DNA of 64,000 nt from Takakia lepidozioides. Taxonomy: Eukaryota; Plantae; Bryophyta. Positions within the stretch are counted from its first letter, which is position 1, and each line of letters begins with the position of its first letter. Of the stretch, positions 53,200 to 62,090 are shown piece by piece. The translations under genes and the position numbers were made by a program. Where the stretch lies: the NCBI GenBank assembly GCA_030704615.1, contig CM060733.1:38626001-38690000 (forward strand). Direction: 5' to 3'. The notes under the pieces are model-generated. The model was not told the DNA's origin. It saw only the letters and a program-made list of their open reading frames with translations, and searched no databases.

Positions 53200-54739
53200 A
53201 AGTGTCAGGGTCCTCACTGACCACCTTTAACGGCTGAACACCTATTGGTGGTATGAAGGGTTTTAAATCCCTCCTACTTCTTACCCATTCCTTGTCTGCT
53301 CCATCTCTCAACCTGCATCTTCGTGCAGCTTCTCCAGTCTTGGTTGTGCTTCCTGCGTCCTTGTATCCCAAAAAGTCATAGGGTCCCTCCCATGGAGATG
53401 TCATGGAAGACCTCTTTCCAGGTCTCAACATCATTACCTTGCTGTTCTCCATCAACGTGCAGTAAGTATGCCCTGTTTGATGCCTTCTTTCATAATCTCT
53501 TGCCTGTTGACGCTGCCCTTTCTTCACACTCTTTCGCAGCTTTGCCTTCATCTCTGTGAGAAGCTGGATTTTCTGCTGCATCATAAGTGTGACTTCTGCT
53601 ACAGATCCATCAGAATTTACTGGTGTTGTAAGAAAATGCAACCTGTTGTCAATTCCCAGCCTGGGAATTCTACCAGTAAGTACCTGAAAAGGTGAGAACC
53701 CAGTGGAAGCATGGACACCCATTCTGTAACCAAACAGGGCCTTATAGAGATTCTGATCCCACTCAGTGTCGTTTCCAACTCCTAGGGTGGTGATGCTCTG
53801 TTTGATGGACTTAATGACTCTTTCCACCATACCGTTACACTGAGGCCAGTAGGGGGCACTATGCTCCCTCTTTATACCGTATTCGTGGCATGTATCTTCA
53901 AACTCACCTCCCCACTCTGTGCCATTGTCAGTGAGCAACGTATGTGGGCAGCCATACCTGTCAATTACTTCTTCCTCAAGAAAGCGGGCAGCAAGGGCTG
54001 CTGTATGATCTGCCACTGGTGCAGCTTCTATCCATTTTGAGAAGTGATCGATTGCCACCAGAAAGTACTGATTGCCCCTGCTGGTTATAGGTAATGGTCC
54101 TGCCGTGTCAATTGCAACTCTGAAAAACAGATCCACTACTGGAATGCTATGAAGTTTTGAGCTACCTGAGCGCAACACTCCGTTCTGTTTGGCCATCTGA
54201 CATTTACCACAGCCCTTGAGTACTTGCCTGATGAGTTTTGTTCTATCATGCCAGAAATAACGTCGGCATATCTCCTCTTGTGTTCTTCTGACTCCAAAGT
54301 GGCCAGTGGTTTCATGTACTTCAGTGATTATTGCCCCTCTGTCAGTCTTTGGTGGAACTACCCTTCCATCAAAGTAGACCTCACCTTTGAGATAGGAGTA
54401 CTGCCTTGCCCGCCTCTTGACTCTCTTGCTCTCCTCCTTTGTCAGGTAGTCATTGACTTCTCCAAAACATAAGAGGTGCATGACCTCCACATCATCAAGC
54501 ACATCAGGTTGCCTTTCCTCCCTAACAGCTGCTGTATGATGGTCAGAGCTGAGTAGAGAGCTTTTCCCACATCTTTCAGCCTCACGTAATAATGACATCT
54601 GAGTAGCTTTGGTGGGTGTGGTCCATGGTACCCAGTCCGCTTCATCAATCTTGTTGCAAGAAGAAGTGTCTTGTTCTGAACCACTTGTTCCATCACTGTC
54701 TGAAGAACAAAACGTCTTGGTGGAACACTCACCCCCCAT
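53198..54739 (-). CDS. Integrase of element C (separate reading frame)
   Basis: HETTGH...CGKC zinc domain, AIDTAG / LTDNG / MVERVI (DDE triad), WEGPY module; no recognisable chromodomain. Confidence 0.92.
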   Translation of the reverse strand: MGGECSTKTFCSSDSDGTSGSEQDTSSCNKIDEADWVPWTTPTKATQMSLLREAERCGKSSLLSSDHHTAAVREERQPDVLDDVEVMHLLCFGEVNDYLTKEESKRVKRRARQYSYLKGEVYFDGRVVPPKTDRGAIITEVHETTGHFGVRRTQEEICRRYFWHDRTKLIRQVLKGCGKCQMAKQNGVLRSGSSKLHSIPVVDLFFRVAIDTAGPLPITSRGNQYFLVAIDHFSKWIEAAPVADHTAALAARFLEEEVIDRYGCPHTLLTDNGTEWGGEFEDTCHEYGIKREHSAPYWPQCNGMVERVIKSIKQSITTLGVGNDTEWDQNLYKALFGYRMGVHASTGFSPFQVLTGRIPRLGIDNRLHFLTTPVNSDGSVAEVTLMMQQKIQLLTEMKAKLRKSVKKGQRQQARDYERRHQTGHTYCTLMENSKVMMLRPGKRSSMTSPWEGPYDFLGYKDAGSTTKTGEAARRCRLRDGADKEWVRSRRDLKPFIPPIGVQPLKVVSEDPDT

Positions 54740-57700
54740 GTTTTTCTTGGCTGGGCATTCTGATGAGGAAGTCCCCGCGTTCTTCTTGTTGTTGGAGTGC
54801 TTGTCAAGTGTTGAAGGAATGGTGTCCCTTGCAAGCTTCCCTTTTCATTGTTCAATCTCTCTTCCACAAGTTCACAGGCTGGATGTACCTCGCTCAGCTG
54901 CTTATCACGAGCACAAGATCCTCGGGTAATCACATGGATGGTGGGACAAGAGGGCATCAGATGCTCCTTTTCCTTGTTGCTGATTGCAGTAGCCTCTATC
55001 CTTCCTGCACCCTTATCCTTCCAAATACCCTCCCTCACCAGATTGACAGAGCTTGATTGATCAATACCCTTTCCTTGTTTTTTTTTTGTAGCAAAAGTCT
55101 GTGCAGCAAAAGTCACCCTCTTTCCTTCTCCATCTGGCATTATGCCTGGTTTCAGTTCTCCTTTCAATATGCCATGATCCTTGGTCAACATTCCACCTGT
55201 GGAAGATCTTACTATACCCGGAACGAACTCAAATGAAAAATCACCAAGTAAGTCTATGCCTATGTGGTGCTCTGAGTATAGCCACCAATATGGATCTAGA
55301 TCTGTTTCTAAAGAAAAATGACTTCCCAACAGTATTTCCTTGAAGTGCCAAAGGCCCCATACACATGCATAGTACTCTTCTCTTTTGCAAATCATCTCCC
55401 CTTTTTCACTGCTATACCCTACTTGCCTATGAGCTTCTTCTCTCAACTCCTCCTTCCCCTCCTTAAATTGAAATAATGAAGCATTGATGGCACCCCTATC
55501 CCAAGCTAACTTAAGAAGATAGGCTCCATCCCTCTTTCTCCCTTCTCTTTTCTGACTGTACAGAGAAGTAGAGTATACCTCGATTTCCTCGGTTTCCTCA
55601 GCTGGTCCCACTGGATACCTGCTTAGTGCATCTACGTTAGCATGCCTAGCACCTGCTCTGTGAACAATTTTAAACTCAAAATCTTGTAACATCATGATCC
55701 ATCTACCCCTGCGTCCATATGCGTCACTTACCGTTGCCAACCATTCCAGTGGTTTGTGATCAGTCCTGATTACAAAAGGGGTTCCATACAGGTACTGTCG
55801 AAAATGTAATACTCCCCACACCAGTGCATAGCATTCACCCTCCATAGGGTGATATTTGCGCTGAGCATCAGATAGTACCTTACTGGCGTATGCAATGACC
55901 CTCTCCTTTTTATACTCCTTTTGTGACAAGACTGCCCCTACTCCTTTGATGGACCAGTCAACATCCAAGACGAACGGTCTTGAGAAATCTGGTCTTGCCA
56001 GGATGGGAGCAGTTACCAACTTCACCTGTAAGGTAGAAAAAGCGTTTTGTGCCTCTGCACTCCAGATAAACTTTACATCCTTCTTGGTTAGAGTGAACAA
56101 GGGTACTGCCACTCCAGCATATCCTTTGACATAGGGCCTATAGTACCCTGTCATGCCTAAGTAGCTTTTGAGAGCAGTGTGGTTTTTGGGCAAGGGAAAC
56201 CTTTCAATAGCAGCTATCTTATCTGGATCAGGCCACGTTCCTTCTTCAGAGATCACATGCCCAAGGAATACCAACTGTAAGTTGGCAAAGTAACACTTGT
56301 CCGGATTGAGCCTAAGATTGGCCTTTCTAACCTTGCTCAATACTCTCTTTATATGTCCCACGTGATCTCCCCAGTCCTTGCTATGGATATTGACGTCATC
56401 TACAAACACCTTAGCGCAATCTTTGATTTCTTCCTTGAGCACTCTATTCATTGTTCTCTGAAAGGTAGCAGTGGCATTTTTTAGCCCGAATGGCATGACC
56501 AGCCATTCATACAATCCCTTCTTTGTGATCACCGCTGTTTTGCCTATGTCTCGGTCGTCCATTTTGATCTGCCAAAAACCAGATTGTAAATCCAGCGCAG
56601 AAAACCACTTGGCTTTCCCCAACTGGTTTAAAACATCCTGAATTAATGGCATAGGGTAAGAGTCCCTTCTGGTCAAACGGTTTACTGGCCTAAAATCACC
56701 ACAAAACCGCTTGGATCCATCCTTTTTTGGTGGAAGGGTAACTGGACACGACCATTCTGAACTACTCTCTCTCATCTTGCCTTGTGAGATCAAAGTCTCA
56801 ATTTGTCCTTGGACCTCGTCTTCCTCCCATTCTGATAGGCGGCTGGGACGACTTCTGCAAGGGGGAAAACCTTGTGTGTCAATTGTGTGTTCTACCTCAC
56901 TGCAGTATCCCAAGTCAGCCTTGCTAAGAGCAAAGCATTCCTGGTTTGCTTTCAGCTCTTGCTCAAGCTCTATCCTATGTTCTGGGGCCAGTTCTGGGTT
57001 GATGTGCAGTCTGGATTTCAGACTTCTCCAACGACTCTCCATTTCTTCCTCTTGACTGGGTTCCCAATTCTTTCCCTCCACCTGGCTTACAGAGTTAGCC
57101 ATTCTCTGTCGTTCCTCTTGTGTGACAACCTGATTCCAATCATGGAAGTCATCCTCTATTTCTAGGTTGTTGTTCCCTAGTTCACCATTCCAAGCTTTCT
57201 GATAAGCTTCCTGTATTATGGCAGCAGCCATGCTCTTATGGGTCTCTTCCTGAAGGAGTTCAGACATCCCTTGGTCCTCGAACAAGTCCTCCCCTAGGTT
57301 GACATCGTCTATTATTTCCTCAACATCCCTCAGTGCTGTTTCTACCTCCTTACTCTCCTCAGAGCCTCCCATCTCCTCATCTTTATCAGATTTAGAGGTG
57401 TCAGAACCTGAGGATGCTTCCTCCGTGTCCTCATATTCTTCCTCTGGTTTTCTTTTCTTCTCCCACAAGCCTAGGTACTGTTCATCTGACGTCAGGGTTA
57501 GGACATTACCTGCTGACGTACTGCTTGCATATCTCATTCTACTCTCGACCCCTCTATGGTAGGCTGTTTTGGTAACTGCAGGCTCATTATAATTGATGGT
57601 GTGCAAAGGGAAGTGAGCAAAATCCTTTCCTGGCCCATAGCGTACGCGAATTGTTTCAGCTTCGGTGTCCACTACAGCGCCAAACTTTTTGAGAAAGTCC

Positions 57701-59316
57701 AATCCTAGCAGCATGTGATATGTATCCGTGTTCACCACCATAAAGGACAAACGATTGGTTAGTTCTCCTACTTTGACCTTGATGTCCTCAAGTCTGCCCA
57801 TTGCAGTCTCAAGAGCACCTGAGGCTACTCTGTAATTCACATCCTTACTAGTAATGACAGATCCCATCAAACCCAGATCCCTGACTGTACTAGCTGATAT
57901 TACAGAAAGCATGGCACCAGTGTCAATCTGGCCTAATACTTGGTAATCTCCCATTGTAATCATTACATGAAGCGCTTTAACCTTACCAGTATAAGCATAC
58001 GAGATCGTGGGCTCAGCGTGTGCTGAGTACAAAGGCCTTGGTACATCCTTCACAACTTCTACACTGTGAGTTGTCTCCCTTTGTTGTACCATTGCTCTTT
58101 CCACCACTTTGACCAGCCCTTTCAATTTGTCTAGCTCTCCGGGCACAGTCATGATCAGGTCCATGGGCGACAACGATATTCTCCCTTTGTAGAAGTGGTT
58201 CAAGATTCTGGATTTCGTACCTCCTTCTATAGCATTCTTGAAATTGTTCTTTGGGTAGATTTCACTCTTGGTCTTGCTTGGCTGTTCACTGCTCTCACTA
58301 TTCCTTTCTGGTGACCCTGTAGGTTCAACAATCGGACTCTGGACAGGTATGCGTGTCCTTGGAAGTCTGACTTCATTGATACTATTTCGTGACATCAGAT
58401 CTGTCATCTCTGCGAGTACATCATCCTCATCATCATAGAACACGTCTACAAAGTTAGTTCCCGGAGTTCCCATCATAGTTTGGTCGAGTTTTCTACTGCA
58501 CTCACTCTCCGTATGCCCGAGTAGCTTGCAAAAGTTGCATCTCACACCACACATTTCCGTGGAATGCCCGAACCGGTGACATTTGTCACACTTAGCTGGG
58601 GTTCTTCCTTCAGGACAATATGCAGCTATGTGACCTTCTTTGTGACAAACATTACAAAGGCGAACACGAGGTGGTGTTCTAGATCCCGAGCTTTCTCCTA
58701 TGACTGGTCCCCTATCAAAGTACTTCTGTAGGGTAGTGTTCAGCTGATCAAGTCTTCTGTCCACAGGGTTGACAAACACAACTGACTCATCTGTATCATC
58801 TCCTTCCAATGGTTCTAGAGGTATTTCCCCTAACTTTCCCAGGCCCCTTTCAATCTCAATGGCTGTGTCAAGTGCTTCCTCTACATCAAGGAAGCGCCTG
58901 CCCAGCATTACTCTTGCTATTTCTGGTCTCAAACCTGCTGCAAATCTACGTCTCTGTTCCAAATCAGACGCCCCACTTCTTATAAATAACCGGTTCAACC
59001 TATCGAAGTATGTTTGAACCCTTTGTCTACTCTCCTGTTTAATGGTATCCATTCTTAGCCTAATTTCTGCCAAGTCAACGATACCAAACTTGGCTGAAAT
59101 TGCTGCCCTGAAGTCCACCCAGTTGTTTGGTCTAGGGTTTTGTTTACGGTACCATTCATCAGCCTTGGCTCTCAGGTTGAGCCTTGCTACCTTGAAAGTC
59201 TTGTCCTCATTCAAATCCCTGACATCTGCCTCCATCTGAATTCTCTCCAGCCAGTCATTTACATCCTCACTATTCCTACCATGATAAGGCGCATCTATGC
59301 TGGTTGGACTGGTCAT
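54442..59316 (-). CDS. Gag-protease-RT-RNase H polyprotein of element C (1624 aa, uninterrupted)
   Basis: Gag core, three CCHC knuckles (CNVCHKEGHIAAYC, CDKCHRFGHSTEMC, CNFCKLLGHTESEC), IDTGA protease, RT LDLQSGFWQ/MPFGLKNA/FVDD, RNase H VDWS...EGEC...TDH...NVDALSR. Confidence 0.96.
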   Translation of the reverse strand: MTSPTSIDAPYHGRNSEDVNDWLERIQMEADVRDLNEDKTFKVARLNLRAKADEWYRKQNPRPNNWVDFRAAISAKFGIVDLAEIRLRMDTIKQESRQRVQTYFDRLNRLFIRSGASDLEQRRRFAAGLRPEIARVMLGRRFLDVEEALDTAIEIERGLGKLGEIPLEPLEGDDTDESVVFVNPVDRRLDQLNTTLQKYFDRGPVIGESSGSRTPPRVRLCNVCHKEGHIAAYCPEGRTPAKCDKCHRFGHSTEMCGVRCNFCKLLGHTESECSRKLDQTMMGTPGTNFVDVFYDDEDDVLAEMTDLMSRNSINEVRLPRTRIPVQSPIVEPTGSPERNSESSEQPSKTKSEIYPKNNFKNAIEGGTKSRILNHFYKGRISLSPMDLIMTVPGELDKLKGLVKVVERAMVQQRETTHSVEVVKDVPRPLYSAHAEPTISYAYTGKVKALHVMITMGDYQVLGQIDTGAMLSVISASTVRDLGLMGSVITSKDVNYRVASGALETAMGRLEDIKVKVGELTNRLSFMVVNTDTYHMLLGLDFLKKFGAVVDTEAETIRVRYGPGKDFAHFPLHTINYNEPAVTKTAYHRGVESRMRYASSTSAGNVLTLTSDEQYLGLWEKKRKPEEEYEDTEEASSGSDTSKSDKDEEMGGSEESKEVETALRDVEEIIDDVNLGEDLFEDQGMSELLQEETHKSMAAAIIQEAYQKAWNGELGNNNLEIEDDFHDWNQVVTQEERQRMANSVSQVEGKNWEPSQEEEMESRWRSLKSRLHINPELAPEHRIELEQELKANQECFALSKADLGYCSEVEHTIDTQGFPPCRSRPSRLSEWEEDEVQGQIETLISQGKMRESSSEWSCPVTLPPKKDGSKRFCGDFRPVNRLTRRDSYPMPLIQDVLNQLGKAKWFSALDLQSGFWQIKMDDRDIGKTAVITKKGLYEWLVMPFGLKNATATFQRTMNRVLKEEIKDCAKVFVDDVNIHSKDWGDHVGHIKRVLSKVRKANLRLNPDKCYFANLQLVFLGHVISEEGTWPDPDKIAAIERFPLPKNHTALKSYLGMTGYYRPYVKGYAGVAVPLFTLTKKDVKFIWSAEAQNAFSTLQVKLVTAPILARPDFSRPFVLDVDWSIKGVGAVLSQKEYKKERVIAYASKVLSDAQRKYHPMEGECYALVWGVLHFRQYLYGTPFVIRTDHKPLEWLATVSDAYGRRGRWIMMLQDFEFKIVHRAGARHANVDALSRYPVGPAEETEEIEVYSTSLYSQKREGRKRDGAYLLKLAWDRGAINASLFQFKEGKEELREEAHRQVGYSSEKGEMICKREEYYACVWGLWHFKEILLGSHFSLETDLDPYWWLYSEHHIGIDLLGDFSFEFVPGIVRSSTGGMLTKDHGILKGELKPGIMPDGEGKRVTFAAQTFATKKKQGKGIDQSSSVNLVREGIWKDKGAGRIEATAISNKEKEHLMPSCPTIHVITRGSCARDKQLSEVHPACELVEERLNNEKGSLQGTPFLQHLTSTPTTRRTRGLPHQNAQPRKTWGVSVPPRRFVLQTVMEQVVQNKTLLLATRLMKRTGYHGPHPPKLLRCHYYVRLKDVGKALYSALTIIQQLLGRKGNLMCLMMWRSCTSYVLEKSMTT

Positions 59317-59387
59317 CCTTCTATTCTCTAATCAAAGTTCAAACTGTTTCAACACCTAATTCTGACTCTAATTTTTCCGCAACTCCC

Positions 59388-59711
59388 TTAATGTTGACCT
59401 CTATACCACTCCCACTGTCCATTTCGCAACATCTCTACTCTACCTCCCCATGTCACCTCTCGTGCCATGGTATTTATCTTCACCCACCTTCCTAACTCTC
59501 TTATCCAAAGTGCTATGGTTGTTCTTCCACCAGTATGAATCACTCTAAGACATAAATCACCATTGGCTATTCTCCAAGCAGGGTTGAAGAAGTACAAACA
59601 AGGGTCTGCGTGTGCATTTGGTGTGCGTCTGCTGAAGCAAATCAGCACATCTCCAATGCTTGGTTCATCAGGAATCAGTGTGTGGTCTCTTCCTGCCATC
59701 AAACCATCCAA
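59388..59711 (-). CDS. Possible small ORF between PBS and gag of element C
   Basis: About 100-aa W-rich ORF in the leader; no recognised homology. Confidence 0.3.
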   Translation of the reverse strand: MDGLMAGRDHTLIPDEPSIGDVLICFSRRTPNAHADPCLYFFNPAWRIANGDLCLRVIHTGGRTTIALWIRELGRWVKINTMAREVTWGGRVEMLRNGQWEWYRGQH

Positions 59712-59760
59712 TACCAGTCAAGATCCCTAGCTAGTAGAAATCAAGATTTAACATCCTAAA

Positions 59761-59772
59761 GCTCTGATACCA
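59761..59772 (-). promoter_or_regulatory. PBS complementary to initiator tRNA-Met
   Basis: Minus strand TGGTATCAGAGC, directly abutting the LTR. Confidence 0.95.
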
Positions 59773-62090
59773 AAAGAAGGGGCGTGAATCCCCTTCTGTG
59801 CAAGTCTAGTTGTGCTCTTCCCTAGGTCAATCGGAGGGAAGGAAAGGAGCTCTCCCTCTCAGCTGATCCAACCATCGTCACTCGGTGTGGGTTTCCATCA
59901 GGTCCTTCGTGATCAGAGTTCGCACAATCCTCATCCACGCCGCAGCGGAAGAGAAGACATGGATGGGGAGTCTGTATTGTTTTCACCCGTGGTTCTACTT
60001 CTACACGACATCCTTTCCCTGATACACTGCACCAGCCATGTTACCATGCGGTCTTCAGTGATGCAACCAGCCCTACGTCAGTGATGACCACTGCCCTTGT
60101 GGGCAGCTCTCTTGGTCAACAATACGTGGAATCCCCTTTGTAACAAGATCACGATTTGGAAGGCGGCAACGCAGATCTGCCATGAGTTTGCAGGCCCACC
60201 AGTTTGGCCCTTCATGGTTTCATGCTTTCTTTATCTTACCTCCCCAATCATCCATTCCTCATCATAACCTCTTGCTGGTCAACTCTCTCCCTTGTGTCCT
60301 TTTCTCTCTCCCTCTCTCTTTCTTTCAGGATAAGTGGGTTCCTCACTCTTTCCACTGTAACATGCCTATGATGCAATGCAATGCGCATTCAGCCAAGCAT
60401 CCAGTGCACCCAGCATTGAAATCAACCTTGGTCACACAAGATATAATCAGCCCTTTTATCAGTCCCTCTCTTGCCAATGACAGATGCTTCACACTCCACT
60501 TTTCCCAGGTATAACCATTGCCCAAGACAGCTCTCAACCCTTCTACAGGTCTCAATTTACACACCCTGACAGCTCTCTTTTTCCCATCAGCTGTGAACCT
60601 CAGTGGTTCATGGGCTGAGAGCACTCTGAGAATCAGATCCAAACCCAAACAGATGCTGGTTTTTCTGCCCCATCCACATCATCCCTTCTTGTTGTTTCCA
60701 AACAGTTCTATCTAACCCTCTCTGGTTTCCTCTACCTACTAAGCTAGTTCCACATTGGCTGCAATGTGTCAACATCCCAGGCTAGATTGTTTGTACAAGC
60801 TCATGACGTTGAAACAAGGAACAAGAATACAACAACAGTAACCATTCTGTCCCAGCAACGAGTCTACCCTGTTTCCATTCATTTTCCTACTGTACAATGT
60901 AATAGCAGGTGCATCCATCTCCAGCCCATCCTGATTTGAAGTCCAGTGTCTTCATTCCATTTACAAAGCTCTTTTTCTTCCTCACATGTCAGTGTCTCTT
61001 ACTACATACAAGAGACAGTTCAAACTTCACAAAGCGATTTCTAAGCAACCAAAAACCCAAAAAAGGGGGCCAACACTCCTCAAACTTATCTGTCTTATAC
61101 TCCTTGAAGTGGTGGGTCTGCCTGTCAAGAAGGCACCTTATCCTCTTCCTCGTCAGCCATCTCCGACGTTTCTTCTTATCGTGATTCCAGTCCTCATTAA
61201 GGCATGACGGCTCTGCTTCAGCTGCTGGCACATCCTTGTGCCTGCCAACCTCTACCCTATCCTTCTACATGTGCATTTCCTCCCTATGAGGTGATCTGGT
61301 CCTACAGCCCTTAAGACAGAGAGCAGATACATAACTTATTTATAGATAGCTTAAGCGCCATACACACCAGAAGGCGGCACCGCTTCCTCTTGCACAGAAA
61401 GCCAAGCCAGATCCCTCAACGTCACTCTTTAAGGCAAGCTGATTCCCTTACAAAGTGATCTGGTCCTACAGCTCAAAAACAGACAGCAGCTACAAGATTT
61501 GATCACTGACAACCTGAGGCGATAATACACACCAGCCTGCATTTCTCATCCCCCAACACCTGCTGAGCCACTCCATCTCCTCATTAATGTGCTCACAAAT
61601 ACCATGGCGACAGCAGTGGTGCACCGCCCTTATCACAAACCCGATCCCTCAGGTTTGATCATTGCTTACGAAGAAGGCGGCACCGCTTCTTCTTGCACAG
61701 AAAGCCAAGCAGGAGCTCTTAACATTTCTCTTAAAAGCAAGCTGATACCCTTTGCGTAGGTGGAACCTTCTCAGATATCCTGTGCTGCCAACACCACTGC
61801 AGCAGCTGCGAAAAGATCCACGCACTCTTCCCCTTCGAATTTCACATCCCGCTTCTAGGGTTCAACATCATGGATGAAAATCATTCATCCTAGGGATGAA
61901 AAAGGTGCATGTCATAACTTAGCCATATTTTGTTCTTGGCAGATAAATAGCATAGTCCTTCCATGGAATTACCTCAAGTTATGGTCAATTCCTCCCCTTC
62001 ATTAGCACGAAGGGTACTCCCTTTGTAGTAGTGCCGAAACCTGATGCCAAACACAAACTTGAGATTTTTACTCCCTGCATTCACACTACA
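59773..62090 (-). repeat. 5' LTR of element C, lacking the terminal CACACTACA
   Basis: Minus strand starts TGTAGTGTGAATGC and ends ...CCCCTTCTTT directly into the PBS. Confidence 0.95.

Larger units (their letters stand above)
50849..62090 (-). mobile_element. Young full-length Ty3/gypsy-type LTR retrotransposon (element C) with atypical, permuted LTR ends
   Basis: Termini TGTAGTGTG...CACACTACA; 4-bp TSD GCCT (50845-50848 and 62091-62094; the empty site is seen in copy 1 at ~44962-44978); ~2.3-kb near-identical LTRs; PBS, PPT, gag-PR-RT-RH and INT. Confidence 0.96.

Noticed and set aside
50849-62090. DIRS/Ngaro tyrosine-recombinase element (these also use circular intermediates)
   Set aside because: It encodes a DDE integrase and protease and has a tRNA PBS and a TSD; no tyrosine recombinase is seen.
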